Below, one piece after another: positions 9,627-17,624 of a DNA stretch of 64,000 nt. The DNA is taken from contig JBGANF010000002.1 of the NCBI GenBank assembly GCA_044222475.1, positions 32,001-96,000 on the forward strand. The letters run 5' to 3'. How positions within the stretch are numbered: position 1 is the stretch's first letter; each line of letters starts with the position of its first letter. The stretch is from Polyangiaceae bacterium. Lineage in GTDB: Bacteria; Myxococcota_A; Polyangia; Polyangiales; Polyangiaceae. The notes below the pieces were generated by a model. That model made no database searches and had not been told where the DNA came from. It saw only the letters and a program-made list of their open reading frames with translations. Made by a program: the position numbers and the translations under genes.

Positions 9627-9632
9627 GGAATG

Positions 9633-10778
9633 TCAGCTGCCAAGGACGTGCTTGGCGATGACGATGCGCTGGATCTGGCTCGTACCCTCGTAGATCTGGA
9701 GGATCTTCGCGTCGCGCATGAGCTTCTCGACCGGGTACTCCTTCGTGTAGCCATTGCCGCCGAAGATCTGCACCGCGTCGACCGCGGTCGCCATCGCGCT
9801 GTCCGCGCCGTACGCCTTCGCGTAGCTCGAGATGATTGGGTTGCGGATTCCCTTGTCGAGGTTCCACGCCGCCTTGCGCACGAGGAGGCTCGTCGCTTCG
9901 ACGCGAATCGCCATCTCGGCGATCATCGCTTGGACCATCTGGTGCTGCGCGATCGGAACGCCGAACGTCTTGCGCTCCTTCGCGTAGGCCACGCACTCGT
10001 CGAGGCAGCGGCGCATCAGGCCGCACGCACCGGCGCCGATGTCCGGGCGCGTCTGGTTGAACGTCTCCATCGCCAGCTTGAAGGCCTGGCCGGGCTCGGC
10101 GAGGACGTTCTCTGCCGGGACTCGAACGTCGTCGAGCATGATCGTGTTCGTGTCGCTCGCGCGCTGGCCGAGCTTGTCCTCGTGCTCGCCGAGAGAGACG
10201 CCCTTCCAGCCCTTCTCGACGACGAACGCGCCGATGCCCTTGTGCTTCAGCGCCGGGTCGATCGTGGCGAAGATGACGTAGAAGGACGCGAAGCTCGCGT
10301 TGGTGATCCAACACTTCGTGCCGTTGAGGACGTAGCTTCCGTCGTTGTCCTTCTTCGCGCGGCACTGCATGCCGGCGACGTCGCTGCCGGCGGCCGGCTC
10401 GCTCGTCGCGTAGGAGCCCATGATCGGCTCCTTCGCCATCCAGCCGAGGTACTTCTTCTTCAGCTCCTCGGAGCCGGCGAGGCGGATCGGCGTGAGCGCG
10501 AGCGTGTTCGCCGTCATGCTCGTCTGGATGCCGGTGCACCCGTACGCGAGCTCCTCGGTGATGAAGCTGCACTCGACGTCCGAGAGCCCGGCGCCTCCGT
10601 AGGCCTCGGGCAGCGTGGGGTTCACGAGCCCGAGCTCCCAGGCCGCGCGGAACACGTCCATCGGGAACTTCGCGTCGCGGTCGCACTCGGCCGCGATCGG
10701 GATGATGCGCTCCTTCGCGAACCGCCGCGCGGTGTCGATCAGCGCCTTCTGCTCCTCGGTGATCTCGAAATCGATCAT
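9633..10778 (-). CDS. Acyl-CoA dehydrogenase
   Basis: SEPAAGSD, LNGTKCWITN, RKTFGVPI, QIFGGNGYTKEYPVEKLMRDAKILQIYEGT. Confidence 0.96.
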   Translation of the reverse strand: MIDFEITEEQKALIDTARRFAKERIIPIAAECDRDAKFPMDVFRAAWELGLVNPTLPEAYGGAGLSDVECSFITEELAYGCTGIQTSMTANTLALTPIRLAGSEELKKKYLGWMAKEPIMGSYATSEPAAGSDVAGMQCRAKKDNDGSYVLNGTKCWITNASFASFYVIFATIDPALKHKGIGAFVVEKGWKGVSLGEHEDKLGQRASDTNTIMLDDVRVPAENVLAEPGQAFKLAMETFNQTRPDIGAGACGLMRRCLDECVAYAKERKTFGVPIAQHQMVQAMIAEMAIRVEATSLLVRKAAWNLDKGIRNPIISSYAKAYGADSAMATAVDAVQIFGGNGYTKEYPVEKLMRDAKILQIYEGTSQIQRIVIAKHVLGS

Positions 10779-10903
10779 TACTCTTTGCTCCTCTTGCGAC
10801 GCTCGGTGAGCCGCTGCGTCGCCGCGCGTCCGCCGAGAATGTAGCCCACGACGATGCCGATGAGGAGGACGCCGGGGATGAAGATCACGTGCTCGACCGG
10901 CAT
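10778..10903 (-). CDS. Small single-TM protein (41 aa)
   Basis: MPVEHVIFIPGVLLIGIVVGYILGGRAATQRLTERRKRSKE; TAATG overlap with the acyl-CoA dehydrogenase start. Confidence 0.7.
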   Translation of the reverse strand: MPVEHVIFIPGVLLIGIVVGYILGGRAATQRLTERRKRSKE

Positions 10904-10908
10904 GGGGT

Positions 10909-11661
10909 TCAGTCCTCTTCTTCGTCTTTTTCGTCTTTGGGCTTCGGCTTGGCCTTGGCCTTCTTCGGAGGCTCCTCGCGCTTCTCGGCGCGCTCGGCGC
11001 GGTCGATCGCTCGCTCGAGGCCGTCGATGCGGGACGCGATGCTCTTCTGGCCGCGCCAGAGGAAGCCGAGGTAGGCCGTCATCAGGAGCCAGATGATCGC
11101 GTACGCGGTGACGAGCAGCTTCGCTCCGTCGCGCGTCTCCGGGCCGCTCGCCGCCGCTTCGAACGCGGTTCCGCGAGAGTCGGCGGAGGGGGCGGGGAGG
11201 GCGAGGTTCGCGATCTGCGTCGCTTGCTCCGCCGTGCAGAGCGGGGTGCCTACCATCGTCACGAACGCGACGTGCCCGCCGCGCGCCGCGGCGACGGTGC
11301 TCACGACCTCGCCCGTCGGCACCTGGTCCTTGTAGGAGAACGCTGCGTCGAAGCCGGGCACCGACTTCACCTCGGTCCACTTGGGGTCCTGCGTGAGCGG
11401 GTTCGCCGTCTTCATCAGGTGGACGCTCACCGCGCCGGCCTTGGCTCCGGGTGCGTCGTCGGCCGAGAGGAGCCGGCTGCAGTCCTTTTCGCCCGAGTCC
11501 TCGCCGGCGCCGGCGACGACGTGGGTCTTCTTGCCGCAGATCGACTCGACCGCGGCGGGGGTGACGGCATCACACCGAACCTCGGCGGCGGCCGGGGCGG
11601 CGAACGCGACGATGGCGGCGGCGATCGCCGCTGTCCCAAAATGGTACGAGCGCGCGGTCAC
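10909..11661 (-). CDS. CcmD-like membrane protein with an N-terminal secreted Cys-containing domain
   Basis: GTGA overlap with the ccmC stop; signal peptide ending AAA-E; C-terminal LLVTAYAIIWLLMTAYLGFLWRGQ plus a charged coiled tail typical of CcmD. Confidence 0.6.
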   Translation of the reverse strand: MTARSYHFGTAAIAAAIVAFAAPAAAEVRCDAVTPAAVESICGKKTHVVAGAGEDSGEKDCSRLLSADDAPGAKAGAVSVHLMKTANPLTQDPKWTEVKSVPGFDAAFSYKDQVPTGEVVSTVAAARGGHVAFVTMVGTPLCTAEQATQIANLALPAPSADSRGTAFEAAASGPETRDGAKLLVTAYAIIWLLMTAYLGFLWRGQKSIASRIDGLERAIDRAERAEKREEPPKKAKAKPKPKDEKDEEED

Positions 11662-12404
11662 GCTTCCTCCCGATCGTCGAGGCCGAAGTCGATCGCATCC
11701 TCTTCGGCGCGGACGAGGCGCGCGCGGAGGATCTCGGCCCGGGTGCGGGCCCACAAGAGCGTGATGACGAACGTGGTGAACGCGGCGAAGCCGAGAGCGA
11801 GCGCGATCTTCATGTCGGGGTGTTGGAGGCCGCCGCCCTTGCTCGTGATGACGGTCGGGTGCTGCCCGCTCCACTTCTGGACGCTGAAGTGGATGATCGG
11901 GAGGTTCGCGGCGCCGATGATCCCGAGCGCGGCGGCGAAGCGCCGCTCGCCCTCGCCGTCGCCGGTGAAGGTACGGAGGACGAGGTACGCGACGTAGATG
12001 AGGACGCTCAGCAGCGCGGTCGTGAGGCGAGGGTCCCAGGTCCAGTAGAAGCCCCACGCCTTCGCCGCCCAGAGCGGGCCGCTCGTGAGGACCATGAAGC
12101 CGAAGAGCACCGCGACCTCGGCACCCGCGCGGGCCAGTCCGTTCCAGAGATCGCTCGGGCGCAGCAGGTATCCGACCGAGCCGACGAAGCAGGCGGTTGC
12201 CCCGAGGTACATGCTGTAGGCCGCGGGCACGTGGAAGTAGAAGATCTTCTGGACGATGCCCATCGTCTTCTCGATCGGCGCGAGGATGAACGCGACGTAG
12301 ATCGTCGCCGCGAACAGAGCCCCGGCGCAGGCGAGGAGCCCGTAGTAGGCGAGGTCGATGCCTCCGAGCCGACTGCTGCCGGTCGAGGCGCGCGAGTCCT
12401 TCAT
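11658..12404 (-). CDS. ccmC: Cytochrome c biogenesis heme exporter CcmC
   Basis: KIFYFHVP, WWD motif WAAKAWGFYWTWDPRLT, SVQKWSGQHP. Confidence 0.92.
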   Translation of the reverse strand: MKDSRASTGSSRLGGIDLAYYGLLACAGALFAATIYVAFILAPIEKTMGIVQKIFYFHVPAAYSMYLGATACFVGSVGYLLRPSDLWNGLARAGAEVAVLFGFMVLTSGPLWAAKAWGFYWTWDPRLTTALLSVLIYVAYLVLRTFTGDGEGERRFAAALGIIGAANLPIIHFSVQKWSGQHPTVITSKGGGLQHPDMKIALALGFAAFTTFVITLLWARTRAEILRARLVRAEEDAIDFGLDDREEA

Positions 12405-12556
12405 CGGCCTACAAGCTAGTGAACCCTCCTTCCTACTTCAAGGAGGACGCAGTTTTTCAATTGGACCGGATTGTTTCATCGCCTAGCGTAAATGAGGCGT
12501 AAGAGGCGTTTGGTGCGCGCTGGGCGCGCGCCTTCTGGTGAGCGGAGGACCTTGAA

Positions 12557-14545
12557 ATGAACAAGCATCTCGCGGTGGCCATCGTCCTCCTCACGGGCGG
12601 CGTGGTCGGCTACTCGGTCGGCTGCGGCGGCAACGACGGCAGCAACTTCTTGAACGCCGACAGCGGCACCGACGGAACGGTGCCCGACGATGGCGGATGC
12701 CTCCTTGGTTGCGATGACGGAGGCAACAGCGACGCGCAGCAAGCGCTCATCGTGAGCCCGCCCAACGTCACTCTGGCCGTGGTCGGCAGCACGATCCCGA
12801 CGCAAGCGTACACGGTCACGCTGAACGGAAAGGACGTCACGTCGCAGGCGACGTGGTCCTTCTCGCTGCCGGCGGTCGGCGACGTCCTCTCGAACGCCAC
12901 GTTCACGCCCACCGGCAAGGTCGGCGGCTCCGGTGTGCTGACGGCCACCGTCGGGCTCTCGACCGGCAACGCGAGCGTCACCGTCACCGTCGACAAGACC
13001 GTCATCGGCGGCGGCATCAACAACACCATCCAGGGCGCGCTCGACAACCCGACCGGCGGCGCCGATCCGTCGATGAGCATCGTGTATCCGTACAACGACA
13101 CGTTCTTCCCCCTCGCGGTGCTCGCTCCCGAGATGATGTGGAACGGAGCCGTCAACGGCGACGCCTACAAGCTGAAGATCACGGAGAAGTACTTCACCTA
13201 CACCGAGTACTTCACGAACAGCGTCCCCGCGCGGAAGATGATCAACCAGCTCGATTGGGACGCCATCGAGAGCTCGGGCAGCGGCCCCAAGAGCGACCCG
13301 ATCAAGGTCGAGCTCACCCGCTACTCCGTCAACAAGGCGTTCAACCCGGTCGTCAACACCTGGCACGTCGTGCAGGGCAAGCTCTTCGGCAGCGTCTACT
13401 ACTGGGAGCTCCCGGACGCGTGCGGCGGCGGCAACGGCCGCATCCTGCGCATCAAGCCCGGTTCGGCCGTCGTCGATCCGTTCTTCCCGAACAACGGCCA
13501 GTGCTGGGGCTGCCACACCGTCAGCCGCGATGGCCGCACCGTCAACGGCAACTTCGACTTCCCGTTCTCTCCGGTCGACGTGAGCGTGACGCCGGCGGTG
13601 AAGGGCGCGCAGAACTACGGCGCCGGCACGTTCTCCGCCTACAACGAGGACGGCAAGAAGATCCTCATCGCTCGCGGCACGGGCACGCACCAGATCGACC
13701 TCGTCGACGCGGTGACCGCCGCGAACATCAAGACCGACTTCTTCGGTGGCTACGCCGGCGAGCCGGCCTGGTCGCCGGACGGCAAGAAGGTCGCCGCGAT
13801 CGTCGGCATCAACGCGTCGGGTTGGGAGTTCGACTCGCAGCCCGGGGATCTCGCCATCGGCGACTTCCTGAACAACGCGATCTCGGGCAAGAAGACGATC
13901 ATCACCAAGGCGTCGGGCACTGGCCGCCCGGCCTACCCGAGCTTCGCCCCGACGAGCGACTACATCGCGTACGGCCGCCCAACCGCGGGCTCGCGCTCGA
14001 CCGGCAACGGCGACCTGTGGATCACCGACCTGAACGGCGCCGCGAAGAAGCTCGACCTCGCTTCGAAGGACGGCCCGAACCTGAACACGTACCGCGCGTT
14101 CAACCCCGTGTACGCGCCGCTGCGCGCCGGCGGGTACAACTTCATCGTCTTCATCTCCCGCCGCGACTACGGCAACCGGCTCGTGAACACGAACCGGCAG
14201 CAGCTGTGGATCACCGCCGTGGACGATCCGCCCACCGGCAACGATCCGTCGCACGCGCCGTTCTACATCCGCGGCCAAGAGGACTGCGGCAAGAGCGAGA
14301 ACGCGTACTACGCGCTCGACCCCTGCAAGAAGAACGGGGCCGAGTGCACGAGCGGCATCGACTGCTGCGGCGGCAACTGCATCAAGGATCCGAACACGCA
14401 GAAGTACATCTGCGGCGATCCGACCGGCAGCTGCGTCGCGAGCGGCAACAAGTGCGCGAACCCGGACGGCGGCTCGCCGCTGGCCTGTTGCGATCCGAAC
14501 GAGAGCTGCATCGACGGGTTCTGCCAGAAGAAGGGCCCCAACTGA
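12557..14545 (+). CDS. Lipoprotein with TolB/PD40-like propeller and Cys-rich C-terminus
   Basis: RBS GGAGG, lipobox VGC, PAWSPDGKK and YPSFAP repeats, CWGCH, C-terminal Cys cluster. Confidence 0.75.
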   Translation: MNKHLAVAIVLLTGGVVGYSVGCGGNDGSNFLNADSGTDGTVPDDGGCLLGCDDGGNSDAQQALIVSPPNVTLAVVGSTIPTQAYTVTLNGKDVTSQATWSFSLPAVGDVLSNATFTPTGKVGGSGVLTATVGLSTGNASVTVTVDKTVIGGGINNTIQGALDNPTGGADPSMSIVYPYNDTFFPLAVLAPEMMWNGAVNGDAYKLKITEKYFTYTEYFTNSVPARKMINQLDWDAIESSGSGPKSDPIKVELTRYSVNKAFNPVVNTWHVVQGKLFGSVYYWELPDACGGGNGRILRIKPGSAVVDPFFPNNGQCWGCHTVSRDGRTVNGNFDFPFSPVDVSVTPAVKGAQNYGAGTFSAYNEDGKKILIARGTGTHQIDLVDAVTAANIKTDFFGGYAGEPAWSPDGKKVAAIVGINASGWEFDSQPGDLAIGDFLNNAISGKKTIITKASGTGRPAYPSFAPTSDYIAYGRPTAGSRSTGNGDLWITDLNGAAKKLDLASKDGPNLNTYRAFNPVYAPLRAGGYNFIVFISRRDYGNRLVNTNRQQLWITAVDDPPTGNDPSHAPFYIRGQEDCGKSENAYYALDPCKKNGAECTSGIDCCGGNCIKDPNTQKYICGDPTGSCVASGNKCANPDGGSPLACCDPNESCIDGFCQKKGPN

Positions 14546-14568
14546 AACCCTAGTTCTCTCGACTACGC

Positions 14569-14589
14569 CGGGCTTCGCCCGTCTTTTTC
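14569..14589 (+). terminator. Probable intrinsic terminator
   Basis: cgggc-ttc-gcccg stem followed by tctttttc, between convergent genes. Confidence 0.5.
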
Positions 14590-15543
14590 TCAGGCGACGT
14601 AGGCGCCAAGCGACCGGAAGCGTTTGTAGCGATCTTCGGCGAGCTCGTCGGGAGTGAGCCGAAGGAGCGCGCGCAGCGTGTCGTGGATCGCGTTCCCCAC
14701 GAGCCGCGCCGCCGCGTCCGCGTCTTGGTGCGCGCCTCCCGCCGGCTCGTCGATCACCCGGTCGACGACGCGCAGCGCCAGGAGGTCCGGCGCGGTCATC
14801 TTCATGCGCTCGGCCGCGACGTCGGCCTTGGCGCCGTCGCGCCACAGGATCGACGCGCAGCCCTCCGGCGTGATCACGCTGTAGGTGCCGTACTCCATGA
14901 CCAAGACTCGGTTCGCCACGCCCAGCGCGAGCGCTCCGCCGCTGCCGCCCTCGCCGATGATCGTCGCGATGATCGGCACGCGCGCGCGCGCCATCCCGGC
15001 GAGGCACGCGCCGATGGCCTCGCTCTGGCCCCGCTCCTCCGCGCCGATGCCGGGGTACGCGCCCGGCGTGTCGATGAAGGTGAGCACCGGGAGCCCGAAG
15101 CGGTCGGCGAGCTCGTACATCCGTAGCGCCTTCCGGTAGCCCTCGGGGTGGGGCATCCCGAAGTTGCGCTTCACGTTCTCCTTCGCGCCGCGGCCCTTCT
15201 GGTGCCCGACGACGACGACGCTCCGCCCGCGGAAGCGACCGAGCCCGCACACGATCGCCGCGTCGTCCGAGAACGACCGATCGCCGTGGAGCTCGTGGAA
15301 GTCGGTCACGAGCCGGCTGACGAAATCCAGGGTGTACGGCCGGTTCGGGTGGCGCGAGAGCTGGACCTTCTGCCAGGCGCTGAGGTTGGCGAAGAGCTCC
15401 TTCGCGAGGCGGCCCGTCTTCTCTTCGAGCTTCTTCAGCTCGGGCTCGAGCGCGCGGTCGGTCTCGGCGAGGACGCGCAGCTCGCGCAACCGGCCGAGGA
15501 GATCGACGATGGGTTTCTCGAACGGCAGAACGTAGGCGGCCAT
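14590..15543 (-). CDS. accA: Acetyl-CoA carboxylase carboxyltransferase alpha subunit
   Basis: RHPNRPYTLD, ELHGDR, GHQKGR, NFGMPHPEGYRKA, IDTPGAYPGIGAEERGQ, GEGGSGGAL. Confidence 0.97.
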   Translation of the reverse strand: MAAYVLPFEKPIVDLLGRLRELRVLAETDRALEPELKKLEEKTGRLAKELFANLSAWQKVQLSRHPNRPYTLDFVSRLVTDFHELHGDRSFSDDAAIVCGLGRFRGRSVVVVGHQKGRGAKENVKRNFGMPHPEGYRKALRMYELADRFGLPVLTFIDTPGAYPGIGAEERGQSEAIGACLAGMARARVPIIATIIGEGGSGGALALGVANRVLVMEYGTYSVITPEGCASILWRDGAKADVAAERMKMTAPDLLALRVVDRVIDEPAGGAHQDADAAARLVGNAIHDTLRALLRLTPDELAEDRYKRFRSLGAYVA

Positions 15544-15546
15544 GGA

Positions 15547-17508
15547 TCAGCGCGCGTAGGCAGCAGCGGTGGGCTTCTCCCGCTTCACGTTGAAGATTCG
15601 CAGCGGCTTCTCTTTGCCCTTCAGGTTGGCCGGGGGTAGCTCCTCGACCTCGAAGCGGTTGCCGAGCTTGTTCAGCGTCGTCTCGCTGATGACGATCTGC
15701 CCGGCGAGCGCGATGCCGCAGAGGCGGGCGCTCGTGTTCGCCGTGTCGCCGATGACGGTGTAGCTGAGCGCGCGCGAGCTGCCGACGTAGCCGGCGACGA
15801 GCGGCCCGGTGTGGATGCCGATGCCGATGGCGAGCGGCGCCTCGCCGCGCTCGACGCGAGCGCGGTTGTAGCGACCGAGGACTTCCATCTGCTCGAGCGA
15901 GCTCTGCACGCAGCGGATCGGGTCGTCACCGTGCTGCGCCGGCGCGCCCCAGATCGCCATGATGCCGTCGCCCATGAACTTGTCGAGGGTGCCGTCGTAA
16001 CGGAAGATCGTCTCGACCATCATCTCGAAATACTCGTTGAGCATGTCGATCATGCTCTCGGGCGAGGCGCCTTCGCTCATGCGCGTGAACCCGCGGATGT
16101 CGCTGTTGAAGACGGTGACGTCGTTCAGGCTCGCGCCGCCGAGCTTCACCTCGAGCTTGCCGCTGATCACCTGCTCGGCGACGTTCGGCGACAAAAGGCG
16201 GCTGAAGCGCTCGCGGGTGACGATCTCCTGCTCGACCTTCTTCGCGAGGAGGTTGTTCTCGATGAACATCGTCGCCTGGTTGGCGACGGCGGTGATCATC
16301 TCGAGGTCCTTCTGCTGGAACTGGGCGAGCGTCTCCGAGTCGAGCCAGAGCGCGCCGAGCACGTCCGAGTCGTGAAGAAGCGGGACGACGATGGCGCTCG
16401 AGATCCGGTTGAGGATCATCGATTTGCCCTTCGACGCGGCGAAGTCCATCGACGCGTCGTGGGTGAGAACGGCCGCGCGCTCCTTGATGACGTGGTTGAG
16501 GATCGTCGTCGAGACCTGGATCGGCGAGTCGGTCCCGTCGCGCCGGCGTGCGGCGCGCGGCTGGAGGTTGCCGTCGCTGTCGCGCAGGAGGATGACGCCG
16601 CGGTCCGCCTTCACGAACTTGAAGAGCGCCATCAGGATCTTCTCGAGGAGCTTGTCGAAGTCGCGCTCGAGGCCGATCTCGCGCGTGAGCTCCCACGAGT
16701 TGCGGAGTCGCTCGTAGTCGAGGCGGAGCTGTTGCGGATCGCGCGCGACCTCGTCGAACGCGACGAAGCCCTTCGTCTGCGCGTTGATCTGCGTGCCGAT
16801 CGCGCGCGCGGAGTCGAGGAGGTCGACGCGGGTGCCGCTGAAGCTCGGCGGGCGCGGCGGGCGCTGCGCCGCACCGGGAAGGCCGGGAGGGACGTGCGGG
16901 CCCGGCGGCTGGTAGGGCGCTCCCATCGGAGCGGTGTTGGGGATCGGCCCGGGCGGGTAGCCCATCGGCGGCGCCATCGGCTGGCCGTACGTCGGCTGGG
17001 GAGGCGGCCCGCCCGGCATCCCCGGGCGAGGCATCGACGCCGGGCCTTGATTCGGCATCATCGGCATCTGCGGGATCGGCGGCGGCGCAGGCTGCTGCGC
17101 CATCATCGACGCCGGCACTTGCTGCTGAGGCCATGCGGGCGGCGCTGGCGCCGGCGGACCGGGCGGGAGCGGCTGCTGGATCGCGCCGGGGCTGAGCATC
17201 GACGGCCCATAGACCGGCGCGCCGGATCCGTCGTCGTAGCGTGCTCGCGTCGAGCCGAGCGCGATCTCGTCGCCGTGGCGCAGCATCTGCTCGCCGCGCA
17301 CACGCTCGCCGTTGATGTACGTGCCGTTCAGGCTGCCGAGGTCGCGCAGGATGAACATGCCCTCGCGCTGCTCGACGATGCAGTGCTCCTTCGAGACGAT
17401 CTTGTCGAGGAGCTGGATCGAGTTGTTCGGGTGGCGGCCGAGGCTGTTGATGGGTCGAAGCTCGATCGCTTGCTGTCCTTCGGCGGTCGCAAGAATGAGT
17501 CGAGCCAT
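15547..17508 (-). CDS. FHA-GAF class III adenylate cyclase
   Basis: FHA (LGRHPNN, SKEHC, DLGSLNGT), Pro-rich linker, GAF, cyclase motifs SDIRGFT, DKFMGDG, YTVIGDTANTSARL. ATG at 17508. Confidence 0.92.
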   Translation of the reverse strand: MARLILATAEGQQAIELRPINSLGRHPNNSIQLLDKIVSKEHCIVEQREGMFILRDLGSLNGTYINGERVRGEQMLRHGDEIALGSTRARYDDGSGAPVYGPSMLSPGAIQQPLPPGPPAPAPPAWPQQQVPASMMAQQPAPPPIPQMPMMPNQGPASMPRPGMPGGPPPQPTYGQPMAPPMGYPPGPIPNTAPMGAPYQPPGPHVPPGLPGAAQRPPRPPSFSGTRVDLLDSARAIGTQINAQTKGFVAFDEVARDPQQLRLDYERLRNSWELTREIGLERDFDKLLEKILMALFKFVKADRGVILLRDSDGNLQPRAARRRDGTDSPIQVSTTILNHVIKERAAVLTHDASMDFAASKGKSMILNRISSAIVVPLLHDSDVLGALWLDSETLAQFQQKDLEMITAVANQATMFIENNLLAKKVEQEIVTRERFSRLLSPNVAEQVISGKLEVKLGGASLNDVTVFNSDIRGFTRMSEGASPESMIDMLNEYFEMMVETIFRYDGTLDKFMGDGIMAIWGAPAQHGDDPIRCVQSSLEQMEVLGRYNRARVERGEAPLAIGIGIHTGPLVAGYVGSSRALSYTVIGDTANTSARLCGIALAGQIVISETTLNKLGNRFEVEELPPANLKGKEKPLRIFNVKREKPTAAAYAR

Positions 17509-17624
17509 CGTTCGCTCCGAGATGGTACGAGGGATTCGCCTCCCGGAAAAGCCCCGAATGGCTTTGCCTTTCTGACTACCCTGACATCCGCGCACGGCGC
17601 CGGCGGATCTGGTAGGAAGAGATC

